NCBI GenBank assembly: GCA_964291675.2
Contig: OZ219865.1
Coordinates: forward strand, 480,001-544,000
Length of the DNA stretch: 64,000 nt
Direction of reading: 5' to 3'
Origin: Alphaproteobacteria bacterium
Lineage (GTDB): Bacteria; Pseudomonadota; Alphaproteobacteria; MPNO01
Shown piece by piece: positions 52,652 through 62,855 of the stretch (position 1 is the stretch's first letter; each line of letters opens with the position of its first letter). The notes under the pieces were generated by a model. It worked only from the letters and a program-made list of their open reading frames with translations, was not told where the DNA came from and made no database searches. Position numbers and translations under genes: made by a program.

Positions 52652-54910
52652 CCGCGAGTTCGATCTCTACCTGAAGACCGAGGTCCTGAACCTCGACGAC
52701 CTCGCGGCGGGCGACGCCGACCGGCTGCGCCGCGCGCTGGCGCGGATGCGCGCCGTCCGCCACGTGGCGGAGAAGATCGTCGCCTTCCTCGCGCAGTTGG
52801 AGGATTTTCAGAAGCGCCTCTGGCTCAAGAAGAAGTTCGTGCTGGAGACGCAGTGGTGCGTGACGCTGGACCGCGTGCCCGAGGCGCTCTGGCCCGAGAT
52901 CGCCGCCAACGAGGCGCAGCGCCGGGAATGGGTGGAGCTGTTCGCCATCGACGAGGTCGCGGGCGATCCTGACGGCCGCGGTTCGGGCGATGGGCCGTTT
53001 CTGTTCGAGGACGCGTCCGCGCGCTACGGCGACGAGATTGGCGACGGCGAGCCGCTGAGCGCGGCGTTCCTGAAGGGCAACACACATCTGGTGTTGGACA
53101 CGCGCCATTTCGACACGGGCTTCCGCGACCGGCTGCTGGCGGCGCTTTCCGATGCCGGGCCGCTCGACGAGCAGACCGATGGGCTGCTGATCCACGGAGA
53201 GAACTTCCAGGCGCTGAACCTGTTGCAGGCGCGGTATGCGGGGCAGGTGAAGTGCGTGTATGTCGATCCGCCGTACAATACAGATTCGTCACCCATAATG
53301 TACAAGAACGATCTAAAGGATTCATCCTATTTGTCATTGATGGAAGATCGCTTACGCCTTGCAAAATCGATTCTTATGAACAATGGGATTCTGTGCTGTG
53401 CGATAGATGATGAAGAGGTAAATAATCTACGTATCCTGTTGAGTCAGGTATTCGATAAGGAGATCGGCATTGCTCCTGTTCGTTCCACACCAATTGGTCG
53501 GACTTCCCGTGGCAAGTTATCACCAACGCATGAGTACGCATTATTTTATGGAAGCAACGGTGCTGTTCCTGGATCGCTAGAGAAAACAGAAAAACAAAAG
53601 GACCGCTATCCTTATTCCGATCGGCAAGGAAGATATGCTTGGCGTAATCTTATTCGTACCGGGACAAATGATCTTCGGGTTGACAGGCCGAAACAGTACT
53701 ATCCGATCTATGTCGGTGCTGACAACAAGCTACGTATTCCCAAAATGAAGTGGCGCGAAGATGAATTAAAATATGAAATCCTGGAGCATGCTGCCGAGAA
53801 TGAGACCGTGGTTTGGCCTATTGGCGGCAACGGTGGAGAGAAAATAGAAAAGCGCTGGGAGCGCGGTTGGGAACGAGTAGCGAAAGAAATAGAGATTCCA
53901 AATGAGTATCGCGTACGAAGAGAGGTGGACGACACTGGAGAGGAGAGGGTGCACATTGACTTCGTTCAACGCATGGATCCATCTTCAGCACCCAAGACCT
54001 GGTGGGGGGATGCAAAATACGCGTCATCCAACTACGGTGCCATGGTCCTAAAGGACCTTTTTGGGGCGAGCTCATTCGACTTCGCCAAGTCGGTATCCTT
54101 AGTGAAGGATTGCATTCTCGCATCTGGAGGCGGTGAAGAGAGGACTCAAGTAGTCGACTTTTTTGCCGGCTCCGGCACCACCGGCCAAGCGGTCATAGAC
54201 TTGAATCGGGAGAACGGCGGTGAACGCAAGTACATCCTAGTGGAGATGGGCAACCATTTCGACACTGTAATGCTTCCGCGTCTCAAGAAGGTCGCCTATT
54301 CCCCTGACTGGAACGCAGGCAAGCCCGTCGCGCGCGACAAGGGCGTGTCGCACCTCGTCCGCTATGTCCGCCTCGAATCCTACGAGGACACGCTGGACGG
54401 GCTGGTCCTGGCGCCGCCGGAGGGCGACCTGCTGGCCGGGAGCGCTCCCGCGTTGGCAGAGGACTATCGACTGCGCTACGCGCTGGGCGCGGAAACTGCT
54501 GCCAGCCCCTGCCTGCTGGGCGGCGCCTTCGCCGATCCCTTTGCCTACACCCTCTCCGTAGTGCGCGACGGCGCGCGCCGCGAGACGCCGGCCGACCTCC
54601 CCGAGACCTTCAACCTCCTGCTCGGCCTGCGCGTCGAGTCCCGCCGCCGCATCGACGGCGTGCTCGCCATCGCCGGCCGGGATTCCCAGGGGCAACGCTG
54701 CCTCATCCTCTGGCGCAACCTGAAGACCATGGACAACGACGCGCTGGAGGGGTGGTTCGCCGGGCACAGGGCGTACCTCCCCGACGCGCTCGATCTTGTC
54801 TACGTCAACGGCGACCACACCCTGAACGCCATCCGCCAAGAGGACGAAACCTGGACCGCCGAGACCATCGAACCGCTGTTTCGCGAACTGATGTTCGAGG
54901 CCAACGAGCG

Positions 54911-55798
54911 ATGACGGCAGACAAGAATGGGGATTTCTACAAGCTGACCTTCTCCCAGCGTGAAGGAAAAGCGCCGTTACCCGAGGCTATGAAACTGGAA
55001 TATATCCCACGAAAATTCAGGCAACTCGTTTGGCTTTGTGTTGATAGATGTATAGGCGATGCAACTGATCTATTTACGTCGTCCTACAGAACAAACGAGA
55101 GTATAGCTGGGATACTATGGCGGTTTAGGTTTGAATTACAAGAGATTCCTCATGATGAGATTCCTGGTCCAAACCCAAAGAGTGACAGGAAATTTTGTCG
55201 AGATATAATTTTGCACGGAGATTATCACGGACTTCTGACATTTGTGGAGTACATTCTTCGCCAGGATGATTGTCCCGAGAAACTGCGGGAGTCACTGGTG
55301 AGCGAATTCGAGCGGACTCCGATTGCTTACTATGTGGATGCTGACGGTATGTCAACGATCATGCCGCGGATCAGTCGCGAGGCCGGTGAGGCAACACGAA
55401 AAGCCGTCGAGACAATCCGCGGAGGCGGCATGGACGGTGCGGCAGCGCATCTGCGTGATGCAGCAGAACACATTAGCGCCGGACAACATGCCGATTCGAT
55501 TACCGACAGCATTCACGCGGTCGAATCCGTCGCTCGCACGATCGACCCGAAGTCCAGCAAGACCTTGGGACCGGCGCTGGACTCCCTGGAGAAGGCGGGA
55601 GTCCTGAAACATCCGGCGCTCAAGCAAGCATTCGACAGGTTGTACGGCTACACGAACACCGAACAAGGCATCCGCCACGCCTTGCTCGACAAGGGCGCTG
55701 CCGATGTCGGCCTCAACGAGGCCATCTTCATGTTCGGAGCCTGCGCGTCCTTTGCAGCTTATCTCACCGAGAAGCACCGGCAGGCCGGTGGCGCATGA
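54911..55798 (+). CDS. AbiJ-like protein (NTD4-type N-terminus, HEPN-like C-terminus)
   Basis: FSQREG..P.P N-terminus; SIHAVES, HPALKQAF..LYGYT...GIRHA C-terminus; ATGA overlaps with both mod and res. Confidence 0.65.
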   Translation: MTADKNGDFYKLTFSQREGKAPLPEAMKLEYIPRKFRQLVWLCVDRCIGDATDLFTSSYRTNESIAGILWRFRFELQEIPHDEIPGPNPKSDRKFCRDIILHGDYHGLLTFVEYILRQDDCPEKLRESLVSEFERTPIAYYVDADGMSTIMPRISREAGEATRKAVETIRGGGMDGAAAHLRDAAEHISAGQHADSITDSIHAVESVARTIDPKSSKTLGPALDSLEKAGVLKHPALKQAFDRLYGYTNTEQGIRHALLDKGAADVGLNEAIFMFGACASFAAYLTEKHRQAGGA

Positions 55799-58700
55799 CG
55801 CCCCTCGAAAACCGCCTTGTCCTGCACAGCTTCCTCTGCCGCGAGTTCGGCCACGGCGACCTGGACGCCATGCTCGACCGACTGCGGGACGTACCGGCCG
55901 GGTTCGCCACGGGCGGAGAGAGCGAGTATGCGAAAGCACTCTACCTGAACCCGGAACGGGCCGAGGTCGCTCCTGACCGCTTCGCCGATTACGACGCGGA
56001 GATCGCAACGCTGAGCCAGCGGCTGCGCATGACCGCCGAGCACGGACGGGGTTGGAAGCCGCACCAGTGGCTCGCCCTGCTGTTCGCCGAGCACTACCTG
56101 CGCCGCTACTTCGACGACCCGGAGGCGCTGCGCGACGCGCTGAACGACGCGAAGCGGCAAGACCCGCTTACCCGGCCAATGCCGGACTACACGGTGGCGG
56201 ATCTGCGCACTGTCGCCGTGCAGTCCGCCACCGGCTCGGGCAAGACGCTGGTCATGCACGCGCACATCCTGCAATACCGCCGTCTCGCACGCGCGGCGGG
56301 ACGCCCGCCCAACAACGTCATCCTCGTGACGCCGAACGAGCAGCTTTCGGCACAGCACGAACGCGAGCTGCTGGCGAGCAACCTGCCCGCCCGGCTGTTC
56401 TCCAGCGAGGTCGGCGCCGACCTGCTGGCACCCATCGAGATCATCGACCTCAACAAGCTCGCGGAGAAGAAGGGCGTGAAGCGCGTCGCCGTGAGCGACT
56501 TCGGGGACAATAACCTCGTGCTGGTGGACGAAGGGCACCTCGGCGCCTCGGGCAAGGTCTGGCGCCAGCGCCGGGCGGAGCTCGCGCGCGGCGGCTTCGC
56601 GTTCGAGTACTCCGCCACCTTCAACCAGATCGTCAGCAGCGACGAGAGCCTGCGCGACGCCTACGGCAAGTGCCTGCTGTTCGACTACCCCTACCGCGCC
56701 TTCCACCGGGACGGCTACGGCAAGGACTACGCCATCTCCAACCTGCCGCAGGGGGCGGAGGACGAGAACAGCGACATGTACCTGCTGGGCTGTCTGCTGA
56801 GCTTCTATCGCCAATGCCGGATATGGCGCGAGGGGCACGCCGGCTGGACGGACTTCAACGTGACCCGACCGCTCTGGGTGTTCCTCGGCAAGACGGTGAC
56901 CGGCAGCGCCAAGGCGGATCGGGAGACCAGATCGGACGTCGTGCGGATTCTCGGCTTTCTCGGCTGGATGCTGGCCCGCAGCAACGCGGTGCAGCCGATG
57001 ATCGCACGGCTTCTGGCCGGCGAATCGGGCTTGGCCGACGACGCGGGCAGCGACTTCTTTGCGGGCCGCTTCGACGACCTGAAGGGCGACGGCACGGCGT
57101 CCCTCTACGACGACATCTGCGAGACCCTGTTCCACGGTCCAGGGCGGCTGCATGTCCGCTATTTGACCCAAGGCGAGGGCGAGCTCCACCTGCGCACCGC
57201 CGACAACGCGCCCTTCGGCGTGGTCAATGTCGGGGACTCGGCGGCGCTCTACAGGTTGCTGGCGGAGGGAAACCACCCCGATCTCGACCTCGAACGCGAG
57301 GTCGGGTTCGCCCGGCGGCTGTTCGCCGACGTGGACCGGACCGATTCGACCGTTAACGTGGTGATCGGTGCGCGGCGCTTCATCGCCGGCTGGAACTCCT
57401 GGCGCGTGAGCACCATGGGGCTGATGCATGTCGGCGTCGGCGAGGGGCCGGAAATCATCCAGATGTTCGGCCGCGGGGTGCGCCTGAAAGGCCGGGACAT
57501 GAGCCTGAAGCGCCACCGCGAGAGCGGCGTCGAGCCGCCCGCCGACGGCGACCGGCTGGCGGAGTTGGAGACGCTGCGTATCTTCGGCCTGCGCGCCACC
57601 TACATGCAGACCTTCCGCGAGCTGTTGCAAAAGGACGGAATCGGCGTGGAGCGGGAGACCGTCGTCCTGCCCGTGACCTGGAACTTCGCGCGGAAGGACC
57701 TGAAGATCATCCGGCTCAGGGAGGGCGCGAAGTACGACTGTTCCGACGACCGGGCCGTCCTGCCGGAACCCGGCGGCAGGGACAGCCCGACCGCCGAGCT
57801 GGACCTTTATTCGCGGTTGCAAGCCGTCGAGTCCGGCGTCGGGCCGGCCGCCGAGCGAGCGGAGAAGGCGCCGGTCACGCTCGCACGGCATCATGTCGCC
57901 CTGTTCGACCGGACGCGCGTCTACGACGCCCTGCTGGCGCGCAAGCGGCGGATGGGCTGGCACAACCTGGCCATCGACCGCGCGACTGTGGATGCGCTGC
58001 TGGACCGGGACGACTGGTACACGCTCTATCTGCCGCCGGAGCGATGCGCGCCGAAGAGCTACGCGGACCTGCGGAAGCTGGAGGAGGTCGCGGTCGATCT
58101 GATCGCCGAGTACGCTGCCCGATTCTGGACGGGCCGGCGCCGACGCTGGGAGCACGAGAACATCGAGGTCGTGACGCTCGACGAGGACGACCCCAACAAC
58201 ATCCGGGAATACCGGCTCTCGGTGGACGCGGCGGACGAGCGGTTGGTCGACGACGTCCGCTCCCTCGCCGCCAACCTGCGGGAGGGAGAGGACCGCAAGC
58301 TGAAGCTCGGCGTCGTCATGGCCGACAACCACGCGTACAAGCCCCTCCTGTACGCGACCGGGAAAGGCGAGGTCACCGTGCAGCCCGTGCCGCTGGACTG
58401 CAACGAGCGGAAGGTCGTCGACGGGCTGGTCGCGCTGGCGCGGGCGGCGGACCCCTGCCTGCGTGGGCGGGAGCTCTTCCTGATCCGCAACCTCACGCGA
58501 GGCCGGGGCGTGTCGTTCTTCGACGACTATGCCTACTACCCCGACTTCATCGTCTGGCTGAAGGACGACGCGTGCCAGCACGTCGCCTTCCTCGACCCGA
58601 AGGGCCTGGCCCGCTACGGCCCGGCGGAGCGCGGCAAGGTCGCATTGCACACCACCATCAAGGAGACCGAGGCGCGGGTGCGCATGACCGACCCGGACTT

Positions 58701-58848
58701 GCGCTTGCACGCCTTCGTCCTCTCCGTCACGGCGCCCGGCGAAATCGGCGACGAACCGCGTACAGTGAGCGAGTGGCAGGATCGGGGCGTCCATTTCCTG
58801 GAGCGTCCGGATTGGGCGCAACGGTTGATCGGGTGCATGCTCGATTGA
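55795..58848 (+). CDS. res: Type III restriction subunit (Res): SF2 helicase plus PD-(D/E)xK nuclease
   Basis: ATGSGKT, LVDEGH, YSATF, IQMFGRGVRL, YYPDFIVW..FLDPKG. Confidence 0.9.
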   Translation: MTPLENRLVLHSFLCREFGHGDLDAMLDRLRDVPAGFATGGESEYAKALYLNPERAEVAPDRFADYDAEIATLSQRLRMTAEHGRGWKPHQWLALLFAEHYLRRYFDDPEALRDALNDAKRQDPLTRPMPDYTVADLRTVAVQSATGSGKTLVMHAHILQYRRLARAAGRPPNNVILVTPNEQLSAQHERELLASNLPARLFSSEVGADLLAPIEIIDLNKLAEKKGVKRVAVSDFGDNNLVLVDEGHLGASGKVWRQRRAELARGGFAFEYSATFNQIVSSDESLRDAYGKCLLFDYPYRAFHRDGYGKDYAISNLPQGAEDENSDMYLLGCLLSFYRQCRIWREGHAGWTDFNVTRPLWVFLGKTVTGSAKADRETRSDVVRILGFLGWMLARSNAVQPMIARLLAGESGLADDAGSDFFAGRFDDLKGDGTASLYDDICETLFHGPGRLHVRYLTQGEGELHLRTADNAPFGVVNVGDSAALYRLLAEGNHPDLDLEREVGFARRLFADVDRTDSTVNVVIGARRFIAGWNSWRVSTMGLMHVGVGEGPEIIQMFGRGVRLKGRDMSLKRHRESGVEPPADGDRLAELETLRIFGLRATYMQTFRELLQKDGIGVERETVVLPVTWNFARKDLKIIRLREGAKYDCSDDRAVLPEPGGRDSPTAELDLYSRLQAVESGVGPAAERAEKAPVTLARHHVALFDRTRVYDALLARKRRMGWHNLAIDRATVDALLDRDDWYTLYLPPERCAPKSYADLRKLEEVAVDLIAEYAARFWTGRRRRWEHENIEVVTLDEDDPNNIREYRLSVDAADERLVDDVRSLAANLREGEDRKLKLGVVMADNHAYKPLLYATGKGEVTVQPVPLDCNERKVVDGLVALARAADPCLRGRELFLIRNLTRGRGVSFFDDYAYYPDFIVWLKDDACQHVAFLDPKGLARYGPAERGKVALHTTIKETEARVRMTDPDLRLHAFVLSVTAPGEIGDEPRTVSEWQDRGVHFLERPDWAQRLIGCMLD

Positions 58849-59003
58849 ATCGGCAGTTGCCGCGGCATCGTGTTCCGCATTGTCAGCAATCGGGAAGATG
58901 CGCGACGTCCGGTAAGGGAAGAGCGACATAAACAGACAATCGACCGCGATCGTCGAACGACAGGAAGACGGATACGTCGCGCTTTTCCCGGAAGTGGATT
59001 TCG

Positions 59004-59109
59004 CTAGAGCATTACAGGCTGGCCTCCTTCACCGGCCCGCAGTTTGGACCACGAATCGCAAATTCTTGCGAATTCACAATTGATTCAACTGGATACGATA
59101 ATGCTCTAG
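59004..59109. mobile_element. 106-bp MITE related to the 48786 element
   Basis: Perfect 11-bp IR CTAGAGCATTA / TAATGCTCTAG; AT-rich interior. Confidence 0.7.
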
Positions 59110-59149
59110 ACTGCCAACCGAACGATCGAACACCGATGGAGACGACCGA

Positions 59150-59992
59150 ATGAGCGCCGATCTGAGCGGCACATCGATCCTGGTCACCGGCGCCGGCCGC
59201 GGCCTGGGGCGCGAGATGGCGAATGCGCTCGCCGAGGCCGGGGCCAGCGTCGCCCTGATGGAGCGCGACCGGCCCGAGCTCGACGCGGCGGCGGCCGGGA
59301 TCGGCGGGGCGACGGATGCGGCCCGCGTGCTCGCCGTCCAGGGCGACGTGACCGACGCGGACGACGCGGCGCGGGCGGTCGCCGAGGTGAACGGCGCCTT
59401 CGGCAAGCTCGACATGCTGGTCAACAACGCCGCGCTCGGCCCGCAGGAGCACTCGCCCACCAACACCGCGCCGCGCCGGCCGATCTGGGAGGCCGATCTC
59501 GATCTCTGGCTGGCGACGCTCTCGGTCAACGCGTCGGGCCCCTACATCATGACCCGCGCCGCCTTGCCCGGCATGCTGGAACGCAATTGGGGGCGGATCG
59601 TCAACGTGACCACCAGCCTGGACACGATGATCAACCCGGGGCTCGGCCCCTACGGCCCGGCCAAGGCGGCGACCGAGGCGCTCACCTCCATCCTCGCCTT
59701 CGAGCTCGAGGAGACCGGGGTGACGGCCAACGTGCTGGTCCCCGGCGGGCGGGCCAATACGCGGATGATTCCGGCCGACGGCAAGTACACCGACCGCAGC
59801 TACCTGATCCAGCCCGAGGTGATGCGCGCCCCCATCGTCTGGCTCGCCTCGCGGGCGACCGACGAGGTCAACGGAAGGCGCTTCCGCGCGGCGCTGTTCG
59901 ACCCCGACATCCCGCCCGCGGACGCGGCCGAGAAGGCGGGCGCGCCGGTCGCCTGGCGCGACCTGATGGGCCAGACCATCCACTACATCTGA
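59150..59992 (+). CDS. Short-chain dehydrogenase/reductase
   Basis: TGAGRGLG, LVNNAA, YGPAK. Confidence 0.93.
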   Translation: MSADLSGTSILVTGAGRGLGREMANALAEAGASVALMERDRPELDAAAAGIGGATDAARVLAVQGDVTDADDAARAVAEVNGAFGKLDMLVNNAALGPQEHSPTNTAPRRPIWEADLDLWLATLSVNASGPYIMTRAALPGMLERNWGRIVNVTTSLDTMINPGLGPYGPAKAATEALTSILAFELEETGVTANVLVPGGRANTRMIPADGKYTDRSYLIQPEVMRAPIVWLASRATDEVNGRRFRAALFDPDIPPADAAEKAGAPVAWRDLMGQTIHYI

Positions 59993-59996
59993 TTCC

Positions 59997-61139
59997 GTGC
60001 CGGGCGGCGGGCGCATCCTCACCACCCATGTCGGCAGCCTGCCGCGCCCCGACGCCCTGGCCTCGCTCCTGCTCAGGAAGGAGCGCGGCGAGGATTACGA
60101 CCCCGGGGAGCTCGACCGGCTGACCGACGCGGCGGTGCGCGAGGCGGTCGCCGGACAGCGCGCCATCGGCCTCGACATCGTCAATGACGGCGAGGTCGGG
60201 CGCACCGGCTACGCCACCTATGTGCAGGACCGGCTCACCGGGTTCTCGGGCGAGAGCCCGTCGCTCCGCTTCGACGATTTGAGCGACTTCCCCGCCTGGC
60301 GCCGCCGCATGGGCGAGGCGGCCGGCACGCGGCGGCTGCACCGCCCGCGCTGCACCGGCCCGGTCGCGCTCGCGGACGCAGCGCCGCTCGCCCGCGAGAT
60401 CGGGCGGCTGAGCGCGGCGCTCGCCGATGCCGGCGCCGCGGCGGGCTTCATGAACGCCGCCTCGCCCGGGGTGATCGCCATCTTCCAGGCGAACGATTTC
60501 TATCCCGACACGGACTCCTATCTCGCCGCGCTCGCCCGGGCGATGAAGCCCGAATACGAGGCCATCGCCGATGCCGGGCTGATCCTGCAGATCGACTGCC
60601 CCGACCTCGCCATGGGACGGCACGTGGTCTACAGCGCGGACGACGACGCAACCTTCCTGCGCCGCGCGGCGATGCAGGTCGAGGTGCTCAACGCGGCGCT
60701 GGAGAACGTGCCCGCCGAGCGCGCCCGGCTGCATGTCTGCTGGGGCAATTACGAGGGGCCGCATCACCGCGACATCCCGCTCGCGGCCATCGCCGACGTG
60801 CTCAAGTCCGCCAGGCCGCAGGGCCTGCTGTTCGAGGCGGCCAACCCGCGCCACGCCCATGAGTGGACCGTGTTCCGCGACCGCCGCGGCTGGGAAGACA
60901 AGGTCCTGATCCCGGGCGTCATCGATTCGACCACCAACTATGTCGAGCACCCCGAGCTGGTCGCCGAGCGAATCGGGCGCTTCGTCGACCTCGCCGGCGC
61001 CGAGCGGGTCGTCGCCGGCACCGATTGCGGCTTCGCCACCTTCGCCGGCATCGGCAAGGTCGACCCGGCGATCGCCCGGCTCAAGCTCGCCGCCCTGGTC
61101 GAGGGCGCGGAGATCGCGAGCCGCCGGCTCAACCGCTGA
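59997..61139 (+). CDS. Cobalamin-independent methionine synthase II family (single-barrel MetE-like)
   Basis: TTHVGSLPRP, NDGE, QIDCP, HVCWGNYEGPH, TDCGF Zn ligands. Confidence 0.9.
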   Translation: MPGGGRILTTHVGSLPRPDALASLLLRKERGEDYDPGELDRLTDAAVREAVAGQRAIGLDIVNDGEVGRTGYATYVQDRLTGFSGESPSLRFDDLSDFPAWRRRMGEAAGTRRLHRPRCTGPVALADAAPLAREIGRLSAALADAGAAAGFMNAASPGVIAIFQANDFYPDTDSYLAALARAMKPEYEAIADAGLILQIDCPDLAMGRHVVYSADDDATFLRRAAMQVEVLNAALENVPAERARLHVCWGNYEGPHHRDIPLAAIADVLKSARPQGLLFEAANPRHAHEWTVFRDRRGWEDKVLIPGVIDSTTNYVEHPELVAERIGRFVDLAGAERVVAGTDCGFATFAGIGKVDPAIARLKLAALVEGAEIASRRLNR

Positions 61140-61228
61140 TCGCGCGGCGTGGACGACTCTCGCGCGGTTTGCTATCGTGCCCCGGCCATAACGCAGAGAC
61201 ATGGCATGCGCGTGCAGGAGTTCGCGTA

Positions 61229-61555
61229 ATGGACCCGGTGCAGATCACGATGCTGGGCGTGGGCGTGGCGCTGGCCGCGCTGACCGTCACGCTGATCGGA
61301 TCGCTGCGCCGGGACATCGACAAGCGTTTCGACGCCAACGAGAAGCGTTTCGAGGAACGTTTCGACGGCATCGACAAGCGCCTCGACGGCATCGACAAGC
61401 GCCTCGACGGCATCGACAGGCGCATCGACGGCATCGATGCGCGCCTGCGTGCGGTCGAACAGGTCCTGTCCGAGATGAAAGGCAGGTTCGCGTTCGTGGA
61501 GAGCTACATCCTCCGTCGTACCGAGACGGTTGCCGGCGAAGCCCCGGTCGAGTAG
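61229..61555 (+). CDS. Membrane-anchored coiled-coil repeat protein, copy 1 (108 aa)
   Basis: AGGAG RBS, N-terminal TM, GIDKRLD-type heptads. Confidence 0.8.
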   Translation: MDPVQITMLGVGVALAALTVTLIGSLRRDIDKRFDANEKRFEERFDGIDKRLDGIDKRLDGIDRRIDGIDARLRAVEQVLSEMKGRFAFVESYILRRTETVAGEAPVE

Positions 61556-61747
61556 CGGCGGCGTGAAGCCCGCCGCGCACGCCGCCCTCCCTTCCGGCTG
61601 AAGCTCGCCGCCTTGGTCGAGGGCGCGGAGATCGCGAGCCGCCGGCTCAACCCCCGATCGCCGCGGCGTGGACGACTCTCGCGCGGTTTGCTATCGTGCC
61701 CCGTCCATGACGAAAAGACATGGCATGCGCGTGCAGGAGTTCGCGTA

Positions 61748-62161
61748 ATGGACCCGGTGCAGATCACGATGCTGGGCGTGGGCGTGGCGCTGGCCGCGCT
61801 GATCGTCACGATGATCGGATCGTTGCGCCGGGATATCGACAGACGGTTCGAAGGCGTCGACAAGCGTTTCGACGCCAACGAGAAGCGCTTCGACGATCGC
61901 TTCGACGCCAACGAGAAGCGCTTCGACGATCGCATCGACGGTATCGAGAAGCGCTTCGAGGAACGTTTCGACGGCATCGACAAGCGCCTCGACGGCATCG
62001 ACAAGCGCATCGACGGCATCGACAAGCGTATCGACGGCATCGATGCGCGCCTGCATTCGGTCGAACAGGTCCTGTCCGAGATGAAAGGCAGGTTCGCGTT
62101 CGTGGAGAGCTACATCCTCCGTCGTACCGAGACGGTCGCCGGCGAAGCCCCGGTCGAGTAG
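61748..62161 (+). CDS. Membrane-anchored coiled-coil repeat protein, copy 2 (137 aa)
   Basis: Same leader and TM, with extra 7- and 11-residue modules. Confidence 0.8.
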   Translation: MDPVQITMLGVGVALAALIVTMIGSLRRDIDRRFEGVDKRFDANEKRFDDRFDANEKRFDDRIDGIEKRFEERFDGIDKRLDGIDKRIDGIDKRIDGIDARLHSVEQVLSEMKGRFAFVESYILRRTETVAGEAPVE

Positions 62162-62353
62162 CGGCGGCGTGAAGCCCGCCGCGCACGCCGCCCTCCCTTC
62201 CGGCTGAAGCTCGCCGCCCCGGTCGAGGGCGCGGAGATCGCGAGCCGCCGGCTCAACCCCCGATCGCCGCGGCGTGGACGACTCTCGCGCGGTTTGCTAT
62301 CGTGCCCCGTCCATGACGAAAAGACATGGCATGCGCGTGCAGGAGTTCGCGTA

Positions 62354-62671
62354 ATGGACCCGGTGCAGATCACGATGCTGGGCGTGGGCGTGGCGCTGGC
62401 CGCGCTGACCGTCACGCTGATCGGATCGCTGCGCCGGGACATCGACAAGCGTTTCGACGCCCTCGACAAGCGCTTCGACGATCGCCTCGACCGGTTCGAG
62501 AAGCGTCTTGAGGAACGTTTCGACGGCATGGAGAAGCGCCTCGACGGCATCGATGCGCGCCTGCGCCTGGTCGAACAGGGTCTGGCCGAGATGCTGGGCA
62601 GGCTTGCCTTCGTGCAGAGCTACATCCTCGACCGCGCCGAAACGGCCGCCGGAGAAGCGCCGGCGGGATAG
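62354..62671 (+). CDS. Membrane-anchored coiled-coil repeat protein, copy 3 (105 aa)
   Basis: Same leader and TM, diverged C-terminus. Confidence 0.8.
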   Translation: MDPVQITMLGVGVALAALTVTLIGSLRRDIDKRFDALDKRFDDRLDRFEKRLEERFDGMEKRLDGIDARLRLVEQGLAEMLGRLAFVQSYILDRAETAAGEAPAG

Positions 62672-62855
62672 CGGCGGTGTGACGCCCGCGGCGCTCACCG
62701 ACCGCCCGTTCAGCCCCTCGGCGCGTCCGGCTCGATCCGGCAATCGCGGCGCACCCCGCCTTCCGTCGCACTGCCCTCGGCGAGGTCGCCCGCGATGCGT
62801 TCGGGCGCCCGCCGTGCCGAACCGTCGTAGCCCCCCGCCGGCGCCCCGCATCGCT

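Larger units (their letters stand above)
61076..62671 (+). repeat. Three tandem direct-repeat units (starts 61076, 61594, 62200)
   Basis: Each unit is the last ~60 bp of the MetE-like gene, a promoter-like TGGACG-17-TATCGT, an AGGAG RBS and one ORF. Confidence 0.95.

Noticed and set aside
61076-62671. Diversity-generating retroelement or integron cassette array
   Set aside because: No reverse transcriptase, integrase or attC-like sites in the window; variation is modular indels rather than adenine-specific substitution
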